Positions 8,652-18,174 of a stretch of 64,000 bases of DNA are shown piece after piece (position 1 is the stretch's first letter; each line of letters starts with the position of its first letter). Made by a program: the position numbers and the translations under genes. The notes under the pieces were generated by a model. It was not told where the DNA came from. It saw only the letters and a program-made list of their open reading frames with translations, and did no database searches. Source of the stretch: a virus; the IMG/VR virus record IMGVR_UViG_3300020419_001305, positions 14,285-78,284 of that record; one strand, given 5' to 3'.

Positions 8652-9188
8652 ATGATAGAAGGATTTAGTATTCCGAAATCCACATTTAGAACACGGGTGT
8701 TCGACGAAACTACTATGGAATATAAGTGGCAAGATGTCACTACAGATGATTATTTCAAAGGAAAAAGAGTAGTACTCTTTAGCTTACCAGGAGCATTTAC
8801 GCCTACATGTTCAACTTACCAATTACCTGGCTTTGAAGAAAATTATGATATGATTCGTAACCAAGAAATAGATGAAATTTATTGTGTATCAGTAAATGAC
8901 GCATTTGTAATGAATGCTTGGGGCAAGGATCAAAAAATACAACACGTGAAAATGATACCAGATGGTTCAGGAAATTTTACGAGATTCATGGGAATGTTAA
9001 TCGGAAAAAATCACTTAGGATTTGGTATGCGTAGTTGGAGATACATGGCTGTAATAAAAGACGGCATCGTTGAAAAATGGTGGCAAGAGCCAGGTATTAA
9101 TAATGACGGATCAGACGATGATCCTTATATTCAAACCACTCCAGAAAATTGTTTAGAATATCTTAAAACAAAAATTACTGGTTTTTAA
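8652..9188 (+). CDS. Peroxiredoxin (PRX5/redoxin type)
   Basis: LPGAFTPTCS, SVNDAFVM, DGSGNFT, GFGMRSWRY; start set at ATG 8652. Confidence 0.92.
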   Translation: MIEGFSIPKSTFRTRVFDETTMEYKWQDVTTDDYFKGKRVVLFSLPGAFTPTCSTYQLPGFEENYDMIRNQEIDEIYCVSVNDAFVMNAWGKDQKIQHVKMIPDGSGNFTRFMGMLIGKNHLGFGMRSWRYMAVIKDGIVEKWWQEPGINNDGSDDDPYIQTTPENCLEYLKTKITGF

Positions 9189-9199
9189 CAGGAGATTAA

Positions 9200-9400
9200 A
9201 TGTATAAGTTAATACTGATCGTTTCGGCTGGCCTAATCCTCTCGGCTTGTCAAACAAATTATATAACAAGCGACGGAAAAAGACTATTAGAAAATAGTGC
9301 TGTAGGTTGTGTTGCTGGTGAAATTCTATTTGGAGAATGTGCTAAAGGAGCCGCGGTAGGAGCGGGTGCTACAGTGATTTCAGATCAAAAGAAGAATTAG
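9200..9400 (+). CDS. Small lipoprotein with glycine-zipper-like segment
   Basis: Lipobox LSAC; GAAVGAGA; SD AGGAG. Confidence 0.7.
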   Translation: MYKLILIVSAGLILSACQTNYITSDGKRLLENSAVGCVAGEILFGECAKGAAVGAGATVISDQKKN

Positions 9401-9800
9401 GTTTTACCGACAGTTGTATAAAGTCACCTAGAAAGTCAAAGTGGTTAGCTAATTTGCCAAACAGTTCTGGGTGTAATACTTCTGACACACTTTCGTAACT
9501 AGACTTACCTATTTGCGTATAATAATTTTTGTTTAATCCATAACGACTACCATAGTTGGGAAAAACTCCACGAACGAATAAACAAGTATCGCCTAAAGTC
9601 TTAGCATCATACTTGCTTTGTTCTTGTAGTGTCAAGTAGCAAATAGCAAAAGTTTTTTCAGGAACAAAGTTTGGTTTATCAATGAAAGAAGCCAATAGCA
9701 TTACGATGTAAGACTCAATCTCAACAGGGAGATCGTAACCCGACTTACATTGTGTTTCTTTTACTACATTGTAAAAGGCCGAAGAGTAAGCATCTTCCAT
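9369..9800 (-). CDS. Hypothetical protein
   Basis: MEDAYSSAF start; TAAATA (9811-9806) 5 nt before ATG; LGDTCLF motif. Confidence 0.7.
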   Translation of the reverse strand: MEDAYSSAFYNVVKETQCKSGYDLPVEIESYIVMLLASFIDKPNFVPEKTFAICYLTLQEQSKYDAKTLGDTCLFVRGVFPNYGSRYGLNKNYYTQIGKSSYESVSEVLHPELFGKLANHFDFLGDFIQLSVKPNSSFDLKSL

Positions 9801-9869
9801 AAAAATATTTACCATTTTTTCTTGACAAGTAATAAAAAGTTTGTTAGTATGCAATAAATTAACAAGAAT

Positions 9870-9943
9870 AGGGGACAAGTGTTACGGTAGCACGGCTGGC
9901 TCCAACCCAGCAAGACAGGGTTCAATTCCTTGGTCCTCTGCCA
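9870..9943 (+). tRNA. tRNA-Trp(CCA)
   Basis: Acceptor AGGGGAC/GTCCTCT, anticodon arm GCTGG-CTCCAAC-CCAGC, TTCAATT loop, encoded CCA; TTGACA promoter at 9822. Confidence 0.9.
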
Positions 9944-9965
9944 GAGTAAAGAGTAAATAGAAAGT

Positions 9966-10451
9966 ATGAAAATTTTTCAAAAAAAGATAGACGATTTTTT
10001 CAAATGGGTAAAAGGCACTGAACTTGTAATATTGGAAGATATAGATGTTACAGAAGATCCAGTTAGACCTGAGCTTAGTCTAGAATGGCGAAAGGAATAC
10101 AACCGACAAATATTTGGTTTAAAGTACGAAGACAATATTGAGGGTGTAGTCTGTGTTGCTTATACCAAAGGTGTACCACATAGTGTTAGGGAACTTGAAC
10201 TCATGAGTGAAAATGCCAGTATGAAAAACGATGCTGATACAGCCGTGGCTTATACAGTTTGGTCTAGAAAACGTGGAGCAGGCAAGGAGATTATTCATAA
10301 ATTATCCGAACATGCCCAAAAAAATCCAGAGCTAAAACGTATGGTGACATTATCACCCTTGACTCCTATGGCTACACATTTTCACATCAGAAATGGTGCT
10401 AAATTGATCCAACATAACCCGGATACTCAAAATTTTGAATACAAACTGTAA
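9966..10451 (+). CDS. GNAT-fold protein resembling malonyl-CoA decarboxylase catalytic core
   Basis: AVAYTVWS, RGAGKEII, VTLSP, HFHIRNGA. Confidence 0.55.
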   Translation: MKIFQKKIDDFFKWVKGTELVILEDIDVTEDPVRPELSLEWRKEYNRQIFGLKYEDNIEGVVCVAYTKGVPHSVRELELMSENASMKNDADTAVAYTVWSRKRGAGKEIIHKLSEHAQKNPELKRMVTLSPLTPMATHFHIRNGAKLIQHNPDTQNFEYKL

Positions 10452-10579
10452 ATTTGGCTGATCGGCTCAAATTATCTACAATTAAGTATAGTTTTAATGG
10501 GCAGATCTCCCACCAAAAAAGTTGACAAACTGATTAAATATTGTTATAATTAATTACATTATTCATAGCGGAGATCAAA

Positions 10580-11065
10580 ATGCTTATTACAACTAGAGGC
10601 GGTTCAAAAACACAGAAAAAATATGTCAAAAGCATGGCAGATTTTTGCGGACAAAAGCTTCTAGGTTCGAGATTGTATCCAAAAATTGAACTTAGAATAG
10701 AACTTGTAAAAGACCTTATGAAAAAAGAAAAAATCTATGGTGATGCTATTTGGGAGGACGATGAACGTTATCCTAAAGAGTTCCATATCAGAGCAGATGC
10801 TTCGCAACCCTTAAGACGTGTGTTAGAAACTATAGCACATGAAATGGTCCATGTCAAACAGTATGCTAAAGATGAATTACATGAATACACTATGAAAAAA
10901 GGACACAGATATAAGGGAAAATTCTTTTCAGACAAATTGGATTACTGGGACGAACCTTGGGAGATAGAAGCTCATGGTAGAGAAACTGGTTTATTTGTAC
11001 GTTGGGCTGAAAAAAACAAACTTGGTAAAAGAAAATGGACCCAAGATCCTGGAGAAGCACAATAA
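10580..11065 (+). CDS. HExxH zinc metallopeptidase-like protein
   Basis: TIAHEMVHVKQY..PWEIEA; TTGACA-N17-TATAAT at 10522-10550. Confidence 0.75.
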   Translation: MLITTRGGSKTQKKYVKSMADFCGQKLLGSRLYPKIELRIELVKDLMKKEKIYGDAIWEDDERYPKEFHIRADASQPLRRVLETIAHEMVHVKQYAKDELHEYTMKKGHRYKGKFFSDKLDYWDEPWEIEAHGRETGLFVRWAEKNKLGKRKWTQDPGEAQ

Positions 11066-11070
11066 CAAGC

Positions 11071-11163
11071 ATGGATATTCTTCTTGCTTTACTTCCTTTA
11101 ATTGGCATATACGGATTTATAATTTGGTTGTTATTAATGTGGAACAACGAAAAAATCTCTTGA
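11071..11163 (+). CDS. Small single-TM peptide (30 aa)
   Basis: MDILLALLPLIGIYGFIIWLLLMWNNEKIS; fills intergenic gap. Confidence 0.45.
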   Translation: MDILLALLPLIGIYGFIIWLLLMWNNEKIS

Positions 11164-11194
11164 CAAATTAGCTTTTCTTTGTTATATTAGTAGT

Positions 11195-11908
11195 ATGACA
11201 TTTTTAACAAAAGAGGCAACAATGACCAAGGCAATCCAAACCCAAACTGCTCTGGCTGTAGCATTTATGGCTGATAGACTTAATGAAGGCTACATTAGAG
11301 AAACAAGAAGATTCTCTGAAGACGTTCCTACACAGTTTGCTAATAAAGAAATAGTAAAATTTTATTTCACAGAATCAGATAACTTTACACCAGAAGATTT
11401 TGTAAAAGCTATTCCCACTGATGAGGACTTTGATAACGTTGATTTAGCATTAAAACATTTCAAAAGATATACTTTGGAACTTTTAGGTAACACACTATCT
11501 GATTTTCAAAAACAAGTATTCAATTCTATTCAAGGTCCAACTGTCCATAAAGGTACACTAGGGTTAGTATCATATGTTCCTGAACTTATTCGTAGAGAAT
11601 TACAAGACGCAAAATTAAAAAAAATGCTTAGAACAGAATATCGTGAAAGCATCGCATTAGGAAAGTACGGTGAAAAATGTACAGGTAACCTAAAAATTAT
11701 CGATGCTCGTTGGTCTAAGAATTGGGAAAGCTATAATTATACCGCAGACTTTGGAGGCAACATAGTAAGTTTCATGAACAAAGAAAAGTTAGATATTGGA
11801 CAAAGAATTAATTTTAAAGCTAAAATAAAAGCACACCAAAGAAACAAATTCTTTGACATTCCGGAAACTAGATTAAACTATATGAGAAAAATGAAAGATG
11901 CCAGATAA
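11195..11908 (+). CDS. Hypothetical protein, possible C-terminal OB fold
   Basis: 237-aa ORF; TTGACA (11160) N17 TATATT promoter; alternative SD-led start at 11222. Confidence 0.7.
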   Translation: MTFLTKEATMTKAIQTQTALAVAFMADRLNEGYIRETRRFSEDVPTQFANKEIVKFYFTESDNFTPEDFVKAIPTDEDFDNVDLALKHFKRYTLELLGNTLSDFQKQVFNSIQGPTVHKGTLGLVSYVPELIRRELQDAKLKKMLRTEYRESIALGKYGEKCTGNLKIIDARWSKNWESYNYTADFGGNIVSFMNKEKLDIGQRINFKAKIKAHQRNKFFDIPETRLNYMRKMKDAR

Positions 11909-12392
11909 CATCAAGGTAATAACAAATAATGTTATACAAAAAGATTCATGGAGACACGACTTACAAGGAAAATGGTTTGATACCTATTCTAAATTATCAC
12001 ACCTAGAACCAATGCTGGTTAATATACATCAACTCCAAAAAAATATTATTATAATGGAAAACTTAAAAATCAGCCACCAATTTACATATCGATCATTCTT
12101 AGACAATATGGGATCAAATGAAACTAACATTAACCAAAATTTTATATCCAATTTATTCTCTTTAATTAAAAACTTGTGTATATTCGCTGAAAAGTATAAC
12201 TTTTTTCACAATGACTTAAACAATGCGAATATACTGATAGATAATAAGGGAAACATAAAACTTATAGATCCTGACTCCTTTGTCTTTATTGATAAGTTTG
12301 AGAGATATAGATGTCAATGGAAATATACACAAATAACAAAAGAATTTTTTGATGCTTTTTTTGAAAGGAAATATCATGAGACCTATGTATGA
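11898..12392 (+). CDS. Kinase-like protein (protein kinase/APH catalytic lobe)
   Basis: HNDLNNANILID..KLIDPDS. Confidence 0.65.
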   Translation: MPDNIKVITNNVIQKDSWRHDLQGKWFDTYSKLSHLEPMLVNIHQLQKNIIIMENLKISHQFTYRSFLDNMGSNETNINQNFISNLFSLIKNLCIFAEKYNFFHNDLNNANILIDNKGNIKLIDPDSFVFIDKFERYRCQWKYTQITKEFFDAFFERKYHETYV

Positions 12393-12609
12393 TAATAAAT
12401 GTATGGTAACCTGTACAGATAACGACAAAGTGGCAGAAGCTGAAGTAGACCATTTAATTGATAAAGACAGACTTACAATCTTTCTTGCCCAAAATAAGAT
12501 CCATATGAAATATAACGGAAGTGTTTATGTTGGCAATCAGTTTGGTTATGAATTTACAACAAAAGGGCCAGTAGAATTAACAAAGATGAAAGGAAGAGGC
12601 GATGCCTAA
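12376..12609 (+). CDS. Hypothetical protein
   Basis: SD AAGGA before ATG 12376. Confidence 0.65.
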   Translation: MRPMYDNKCMVTCTDNDKVAEAEVDHLIDKDRLTIFLAQNKIHMKYNGSVYVGNQFGYEFTTKGPVELTKMKGRGDA

Positions 12610-13186
12610 TTTAGTACCAGTAATTATTGAGAAAGAAGCAAGAGGAGAAAGAAGCTACGATATCTATAGTAGGCTTCTTAAGGATAGAATCATTATGTTA
12701 GACACAGATGTTAATAGCACCAGTGCCAGTTTAATTGTAGCCCAGATGTTATTCTTGGAATCAACTAACCCAGGCAAGCCTATTAATTTTTATATTAATT
12801 CGCCAGGAGGTAGTGTTACGGCAGGTATGAGTATATACGACACAATGCAATTTATTAAATCACCTATTCATACAACTGTGATGGGTATAGCGGCGAGCAT
12901 GGGAAGTTTCCTAGCAATGGCCGGTGAAAAAGGTAAAAGAGCAATTCTTCCACATGCTAGACATATGATACATCAACCAAGCGGTGGTGCGTCAGGGCAG
13001 GCAAGTGATGTAGAAATAAGATATAAAGAATTACAATATTGGAAAGAAACACTTACAGATATCTACGTAACACACACAGGTTTAGATAGAGAAAAAGTTG
13101 CCAAAGACATGGATAGAGATTTCTTTATGAGTGCGAAAGAATCGATAGAATATAATTTAGCTGATTTTATAGCAGAGAAAAAATAA
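12602..13186 (+). CDS. clpP: ATP-dependent Clp protease proteolytic subunit
   Basis: [31 protein letters not shown] (Ser), MIHQP (His), DRDFFMSA (Asp). Confidence 0.96.
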   Translation: MPNLVPVIIEKEARGERSYDIYSRLLKDRIIMLDTDVNSTSASLIVAQMLFLESTNPGKPINFYINSPGGSVTAGMSIYDTMQFIKSPIHTTVMGIAASMGSFLAMAGEKGKRAILPHARHMIHQPSGGASGQASDVEIRYKELQYWKETLTDIYVTHTGLDREKVAKDMDRDFFMSAKESIEYNLADFIAEKK

Positions 13187-13617
13187 TGAAGATAATGGTA
13201 GATTTAAATAAAATTAACAGTGGCTTACATTGGACTACTTTGTATAGTGAAAAAATATTATTAGCTATAATAGGTATGTTAACAATGTTAGCGGCAGGAA
13301 TGGATATCTATAAGATGGTAATAGACTTAAAGGTCACTCTTGCTGATTTATTTTTACTTTTTATCTATGCTGAGATTATCGGCATGGTAGGAGCATTTTA
13401 TATCAGTAACAGAATACCTGTCACGTTACCTATTGTCATTGCCATGACGGCATTGTGTAGGCTAATTGTGTTACACAGTAAAGATGCTGATCCATGGGTG
13501 CTTATCGCAGAAGCAGGTGCTATATTAGTATTAGGCGGAGCCGCTTATATAATGAGTTACAAGGACAAATTAAGTTTAGAAAAAGAACAGTTAAGGAAAC
13601 AAAATGAATCTAGTTAA
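13186..13617 (+). CDS. PsiE-family phosphate-starvation-inducible membrane protein
   Basis: 4 TM; LADLFLLFIYAEIIGMV..IPVTLPIVIAMTALCR. Confidence 0.8.
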   Translation: MKIMVDLNKINSGLHWTTLYSEKILLAIIGMLTMLAAGMDIYKMVIDLKVTLADLFLLFIYAEIIGMVGAFYISNRIPVTLPIVIAMTALCRLIVLHSKDADPWVLIAEAGAILVLGGAAYIMSYKDKLSLEKEQLRKQNESS

Positions 13618-13891
13618 AGAAAAAGTTGCTGAAATGAAGGGTATACCTGAAGAAAAGGAACTCGTCGAAGCATTACAAAAAGCAATATTTGAAATTACGT
13701 TTAATAAGTTGGACGGCGAAGAAAGAATTATGACATGTACGAAACTTACAGATATGATTCCAGAAGATAAAAGACCAAAGACAGATAAACCTGCTAAAGA
13801 AGGCACTATTACTGTTTGGGATATTAAAGCTGACGGATGGCGAAGTTTTCGATACGATCGTGTTACAAAGGCAGTAGCATGTGTGTTCTAA
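13604..13891 (+). CDS. Sm/SH3-like WYL-related protein (DUF2693-like)
   Basis: ITFNKLDGEERIMTCT..VWDIKADGWRSFRYDRV. Confidence 0.7.
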   Translation: MNLVKEKVAEMKGIPEEKELVEALQKAIFEITFNKLDGEERIMTCTKLTDMIPEDKRPKTDKPAKEGTITVWDIKADGWRSFRYDRVTKAVACVF

Positions 13892-13894
13892 AGA

Positions 13895-13971
13895 CTTCTC
13901 GTAGCTCAGCTGGATAGAGCGTCGGTTTGCGGAACCGAAGGCCACAGGTTCGAATCCTGTCGAGAAGGCCA
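13895..13971 (+). tRNA. tRNA-Arg(GCG)
   Basis: Acceptor CTTCTCG/CGAGAAG, anticodon arm TCGGT-TTGCGGA-ACCGA, TTCGAAT loop, CCA. Confidence 0.92.
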
Positions 13972-13987
13972 AAAAGAAGGAGGTAAA

Positions 13988-14239
13988 ATGAGCGATAAAG
14001 ACTTTTCAGGAAACTTAATTAGAATATCTATGCTGGAAAAAGAAATAGAATATGCTAAGAGTCAATTACAACCACATGACACGGGACATATTTACACCGC
14101 GATTAGTTGGTTGGAACATAGAATAAATGAGCTCAAAGGTATAGATGAAGATAACGAAGACTATTCATATACTGAGCAACATATTCAACAACAAAAAGAT
14201 CCTAGACATAATCAGTCGGCTTTCAAAGGAAATAGATAA
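13988..14239 (+). CDS. Hypothetical protein
   Basis: SD AGGAGG; LQPHDTGHIYTAISWL motif. Confidence 0.75.
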   Translation: MSDKDFSGNLIRISMLEKEIEYAKSQLQPHDTGHIYTAISWLEHRINELKGIDEDNEDYSYTEQHIQQQKDPRHNQSAFKGNR

Positions 14240-14823
14240 TGGAATATCTTAGTCTCTTTCCTACCCTTATAGGGACTTTTAATCTTAAAGAAGTTGATAA
14301 CGATATCTTAATTAAAAAGATGGAGATGTCAGGCAATGTTCAACACGGACTTATAGAAAACGGAGTCAGTAGTTATGTAGGCGGAGAAGATTGTTTTCTT
14401 ACTAGACTAGGAGTATCAGATTTAAAAAATAGTATTAAAACAAAAATTAATGAATATTGTTTCCAATCAGGCATAGCACCTAATTTTATTATAAACAGTT
14501 GGGCTAATGTCATTGGACAATCAGGATATGTAAAAAGACATAGACATGAAAAATCTATTCTCAGCGGAGCATACTATCCAACGAATAGTAATGCTAATTT
14601 AATACTTGAGAATCCTAATACAAACTTTCAAATGACACAAACGAACGTTAACGAAACAATATTTAATTGTGACAAAGTTACAATAAAACCAGAGGCAGGC
14701 AAATTAGTAATTTGGCCTAGCTACATATATCATTCAACCGAGAATAACAGTGATGAAAAAAGATATACAGTAAGTTTCAATACTTTAGATGAATCTTACA
14801 AAATTGCAATAAATAGACAGTAA
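14239..14823 (+). CDS. 2OG-Fe(II) oxygenase-like protein (TIGR02466 type)
   Basis: SWANV..HRH..SGAYY..WPSYIYHST..RYTVSFN. Confidence 0.8.
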   Translation: MEYLSLFPTLIGTFNLKEVDNDILIKKMEMSGNVQHGLIENGVSSYVGGEDCFLTRLGVSDLKNSIKTKINEYCFQSGIAPNFIINSWANVIGQSGYVKRHRHEKSILSGAYYPTNSNANLILENPNTNFQMTQTNVNETIFNCDKVTIKPEAGKLVIWPSYIYHSTENNSDEKRYTVSFNTLDESYKIAINRQ

Positions 14824-14849
14824 AATTTTTTTCAGTAAAGGAGTAAATT

Positions 14850-15050
14850 ATGATAACAGGATTTATAGTCTTGGTCACGGCTTTGTGGTCAATGGATAAC
14901 GCAGAATATATAGACACAATGAACAACCAACTTGCTAAAGGTTTCAGTTGGGAACAAATAGAGTGTAGAGCTCCTACGCCAGGAGTACCACATATTGCTT
15001 TAGAGAGTCCTCTAGGCAATAAGTACGTCTGTAATAAACTTACAAAGTAA
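14850..15050 (+). CDS. Small secreted/membrane protein
   Basis: SD AAGGAG; hydrophobic N-terminus, two Cys. Confidence 0.65.
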   Translation: MITGFIVLVTALWSMDNAEYIDTMNNQLAKGFSWEQIECRAPTPGVPHIALESPLGNKYVCNKLTK

Positions 15051-15051
15051 T

Positions 15052-15127
15052 GCTGGCATAGCTCAGCTGGTAGAGCAACTGATTTGTAATCAGTAGGTCC
15101 GCGGTTCGAATCCGTGTGCCAGCACCA
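15052..15127 (+). tRNA. tRNA-Thr(TGT)
   Basis: GCTGGCA/TGCCAGC acceptor, ACTGA-TTTGTAA-TCAGT, TTCGAAT, CCA. Confidence 0.95.
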
Positions 15128-15131
15128 TTAC

Positions 15132-15350
15132 CTAATGATCGTATATATCTGGCCCGTCTTTGACTTTGACAGGTTTACAATAAGCAGTGACTCTGTGCTC
15201 AGGTGGTACTAGGCTACTGTAACTATAGTTTCCATATTGTCTTGGAATACGTTTGGCATAATATTGGCAAACATCTATACTTCTAAATATCATAGCATTA
15301 GGTAGTTGAGCTTCTCCTATTATCACTACTAACAGGAAAGCATGTATCAT
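15132..15350 (-). CDS. Small hypothetical protein (two Cys)
   Basis: 72 aa, translationally coupled to upstream gene. Confidence 0.7.
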   Translation of the reverse strand: MIHAFLLVVIIGEAQLPNAMIFRSIDVCQYYAKRIPRQYGNYSYSSLVPPEHRVTAYCKPVKVKDGPDIYDH

Positions 15351-15826
15351 TAATATCCTCTATTCATGTAAAGGTAAATTACACCTACAAAAAATCCTGC
15401 TATTGCTAAACATAAGATTCCTATCATTATTATTTCTATAAATTTTTGCCTGCGTTCTTCTTGAGCATATATTGCGGCTTGACGTTTCTTTCTTATGTCT
15501 CCTTCAGTCGCTAATAACTCGTCCCAAGCAGATAATCCTCTTGTCATAATAATAATCTGTTTCAGTTGGTCTCGCATATCATCAGCTTTTTTTCTAGCCA
15601 TAAAAATAGTCATTGCTTCTTCTTCTACAGATCCAGATTGAAAAAGTTTTTTAAATAATGGAGGTTTCTTGTTATATTCTTCTGCTTTTTTGATATCACT
15701 TACAGCACCCATCCAACGTCCGAGATCACCTGCCATAGACTCTATGTCTCGGCCGACTGAAAATCCTGCTTTGATTGTGTTGAAAGCGGCGGTGGCCCCT
15801 GCCAATGCGGTTATTGGATCTATCAA
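15350..15826 (-). CDS. Hypothetical membrane protein
   Basis: IDPITALAGATAAFNTIK N-terminus, C-terminal TM; probable TTG start at 15826. Confidence 0.7.
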   Translation of the reverse strand: MIDPITALAGATAAFNTIKAGFSVGRDIESMAGDLGRWMGAVSDIKKAEEYNKKPPLFKKLFQSGSVEEEAMTIFMARKKADDMRDQLKQIIIMTRGLSAWDELLATEGDIRKKRQAAIYAQEERRQKFIEIIMIGILCLAIAGFFVGVIYLYMNRGY

Positions 15827-15979
15827 GATATTAGCCCTTATTCTGTAACCTGTGGCCCTACTTTGGGTCTTCATTATATTTATATGATAACCGTTTTGGT
15901 AAAGTAAGCATAAAATAATGGTTGACTAATTAAGTGCAAGGTGTTATTATAAGTAATAATTAAATATTGAGAGGCACAA

Positions 15980-17317
15980 ATGAGAACACAACCACAAGAA
16001 GTAATTTCAAAATTAGAGGCAGACAACAGTCGTTTAGCAAAAGAAAAAGTTATACTAGAAGCAATGGAAGAAGGGCTAGACGAATTCTTTGAAGGAGTCA
16101 AAATGGCACTTGATCCTTTATATACTTTTGGTGTAAAGAAAGTTCCTGAATCCAAAGTAGATGGACAAGGGCTCAAATGGGAAGTATTTAAAAAACTAGC
16201 AGACCAATTACACAATAGAGAACTTACAGGGCATGATGCTAGAGATGCAATATTGTTGACTAGAGATATAGCAACAATGGATCAATGGAATAAATTTTAT
16301 AGAAGAATATTAATAAAAGATCTACGTTGTGGTGTAAGTGAGAAAACTGTAAACAAGGTAGCAAAAAAGTTTCCACAGTTTTCAATTCCAATTTTTACTT
16401 GTCCTCTAGCACATGATTCTGCTAACCATGAAAAGAAAATGGTTGGTAAGAAACAAGTAGAGGTAAAACTTGATGGAGTAAGGGTAATTACAATCATCCA
16501 AGGAGACACAAGCCACGGTAACTTTAGTAGGGTAGAAATGTTTAGTCGTAATGGTAAACAGTTTCATAACTTTGGACATATCATAAGTGAAATTGAAGAA
16601 GTCATTAAAGATAATCCTCCACCATATGATTTGGTTTTGGACGGTGAAGTTATGAGTGCTAACTTTCAGGACCTTATGAAACAGGTACATAGAAAAGATG
16701 GTAAGCAATCAGATGATGCCGTATTACATTTATTTGATATGTGTCCATTATCTGAATTCCAAAAGGGAGTTTGGGACAAAGATCAAGCATTCAGAAGCCA
16801 AGCAGTAAAGGCTTGGGTAGACCAGCATAAAGGCGTCTTAAAGCACGTACAAACACTTGATTGGGAAGATGTGGACTTAGATACCCAAGAAGGTCAAGAA
16901 CGCTTTGTAGAGCTTAATAAAGCGGCTGTAGACGGTGGTTATGAAGGGGTTATGATCAAAGATCCTGAAGCACCATATGAATGTAAAAGAACACATAGTT
17001 GGTTAAAGGCAAAACCATTTATAGAAGTAACATTAAAGGTTGTTGCGGTTGAAGAAGGCACAGGCCGTAACGAAGGTAGATTGGGTGCCGTAATAGTAGA
17101 AGGAGAAGATGATGGATACAATTATAGCCTTAACTGTGGGAGCGGTTTCACTGACGATCAACGTGATAAGTTCTGGGCTGAACGTGCTAGTCTCATTGGT
17201 GACTTAATAGAGATTAGAGCAGATGCTAGAACGCAGTCTCAAGATTCTGAAACGTATAGTCTCAGGTTTCCAAGGTTCAAATGCTTCCGAGGTTTCGAAG
17301 CAGGAGAAAAAATTTAA
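15980..17317 (+). CDS. ATP-dependent DNA ligase
   Basis: EVKLDGVR (adenylated Lys), LDGEV, EGVMIK, WLKAK, GSGFTD, SLRFPRF. Confidence 0.95.
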   Translation: MRTQPQEVISKLEADNSRLAKEKVILEAMEEGLDEFFEGVKMALDPLYTFGVKKVPESKVDGQGLKWEVFKKLADQLHNRELTGHDARDAILLTRDIATMDQWNKFYRRILIKDLRCGVSEKTVNKVAKKFPQFSIPIFTCPLAHDSANHEKKMVGKKQVEVKLDGVRVITIIQGDTSHGNFSRVEMFSRNGKQFHNFGHIISEIEEVIKDNPPPYDLVLDGEVMSANFQDLMKQVHRKDGKQSDDAVLHLFDMCPLSEFQKGVWDKDQAFRSQAVKAWVDQHKGVLKHVQTLDWEDVDLDTQEGQERFVELNKAAVDGGYEGVMIKDPEAPYECKRTHSWLKAKPFIEVTLKVVAVEEGTGRNEGRLGAVIVEGEDDGYNYSLNCGSGFTDDQRDKFWAERASLIGDLIEIRADARTQSQDSETYSLRFPRFKCFRGFEAGEKI

Positions 17318-17423
17318 TCCCCGTGAACGGATAGACGGGAAAAACCTTACCGATGTTGAGAAGATGGACAAAGGTTACAAAGGTAAAACATTCACAATTA
17401 ACGGCTTAGATGGAGATTTTTGA
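17223..17423 (+). CDS. Small hypothetical protein overlapping ligase 3' end
   Basis: 66-aa ORF filling the gap to the next gene; 95-nt overlap. Confidence 0.5.
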   Translation: MLERSLKILKRIVSGFQGSNASEVSKQEKKFNPRERIDGKNLTDVEKMDKGYKGKTFTINGLDGDF

Positions 17424-17613
17424 TATGTATTGGTTAGTTGTAATTTTAAGTATAGCGAGTTATCCTGAAATGAATTTACAGTTTGAATTTAGTAGGAGTT
17501 ACTACTGTAATTTGGCAAAAGACAAATTTATTCAGGCTGATCCGCCAACAATGATAATTGGAGGGAAAGTTGTTTCGTCCAAGATTGAGAAAATTTATTG
17601 TGACAAGAGATAG
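17410..17613 (+). CDS. Small hypothetical protein (two Cys)
   Basis: Hydrophobic N-terminus; possible internal start MYWLVV. Confidence 0.55.
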   Translation: MEIFDMYWLVVILSIASYPEMNLQFEFSRSYYCNLAKDKFIQADPPTMIIGGKVVSSKIEKIYCDKR

Positions 17614-17623
17614 GTATAAGTAA

Positions 17624-17791
17624 ATGAGAAATTTAAAAAGCATGTGGGCAGACTTTAGAAGAGATGACAGACCCGACTGGGAACGTATGTCAGATGACGG
17701 TATGAATAAAGTTTTAAAAACTGTTATACTTTGTATATTTGCTTACGGAACTTATGTTTTATTCATAGAATTAATTGGGAGATTTTTATAA
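17624..17791 (+). CDS. Small membrane protein (55 aa)
   Basis: MRNLKSMWADF..VILCIFAYGTYVLFIELIGRFL; stop overlaps next ATG. Confidence 0.6.
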   Translation: MRNLKSMWADFRRDDRPDWERMSDDGMNKVLKTVILCIFAYGTYVLFIELIGRFL

Positions 17792-18174
17792 TGAGAAGAT
17801 GGGTATACGATTGTTGGAATCATATAATGGATGCTGAAGTTAATCCATTAAGAAATATTCCGGATTTACAAGTTAGGCATATGGTTATGCAGATACTGGC
17901 ATTTATGTGGTCGGCAGTATTTGCTCTGCTTATTGCTGATAGCATTATGGCATTTGGTGTTAGTGCTATAGGTCATGTTATGCTTGTTGCGGCTGTTGTT
18001 GTTACTGTAGGAACATTTAAGGTAGCAGAACATAAACCTAGTATGTTCGAATTTAGAAAAGACGGTTATCATTCGCATGGTAGAGGTAGAACATATACAA
18101 TTTACAGGGACAAAAAAGGCAATGCTCATAAAGTAGAACTGCCTCCAGGTGATCCCGGCGGCGAGCATGAATAA
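17791..18174 (+). CDS. Hypothetical membrane protein
   Basis: NPLRNIPDLQVRHMVMQILAFMWS, two TM, DPGGEHE end. Confidence 0.75.
   Translation: MRRWVYDCWNHIMDAEVNPLRNIPDLQVRHMVMQILAFMWSAVFALLIADSIMAFGVSAIGHVMLVAAVVVTVGTFKVAEHKPSMFEFRKDGYHSHGRGRTYTIYRDKKGNAHKVELPPGDPGGEHE

Noticed and set aside
10451-10520. Intergenic weak hairpins as a possible ncRNA
   Set aside because: Stems are short and match no recognisable family
13673-13972. 99-aa minus-strand ORF
   Set aside because: Antisense reading of tRNA-Arg and the upstream gene
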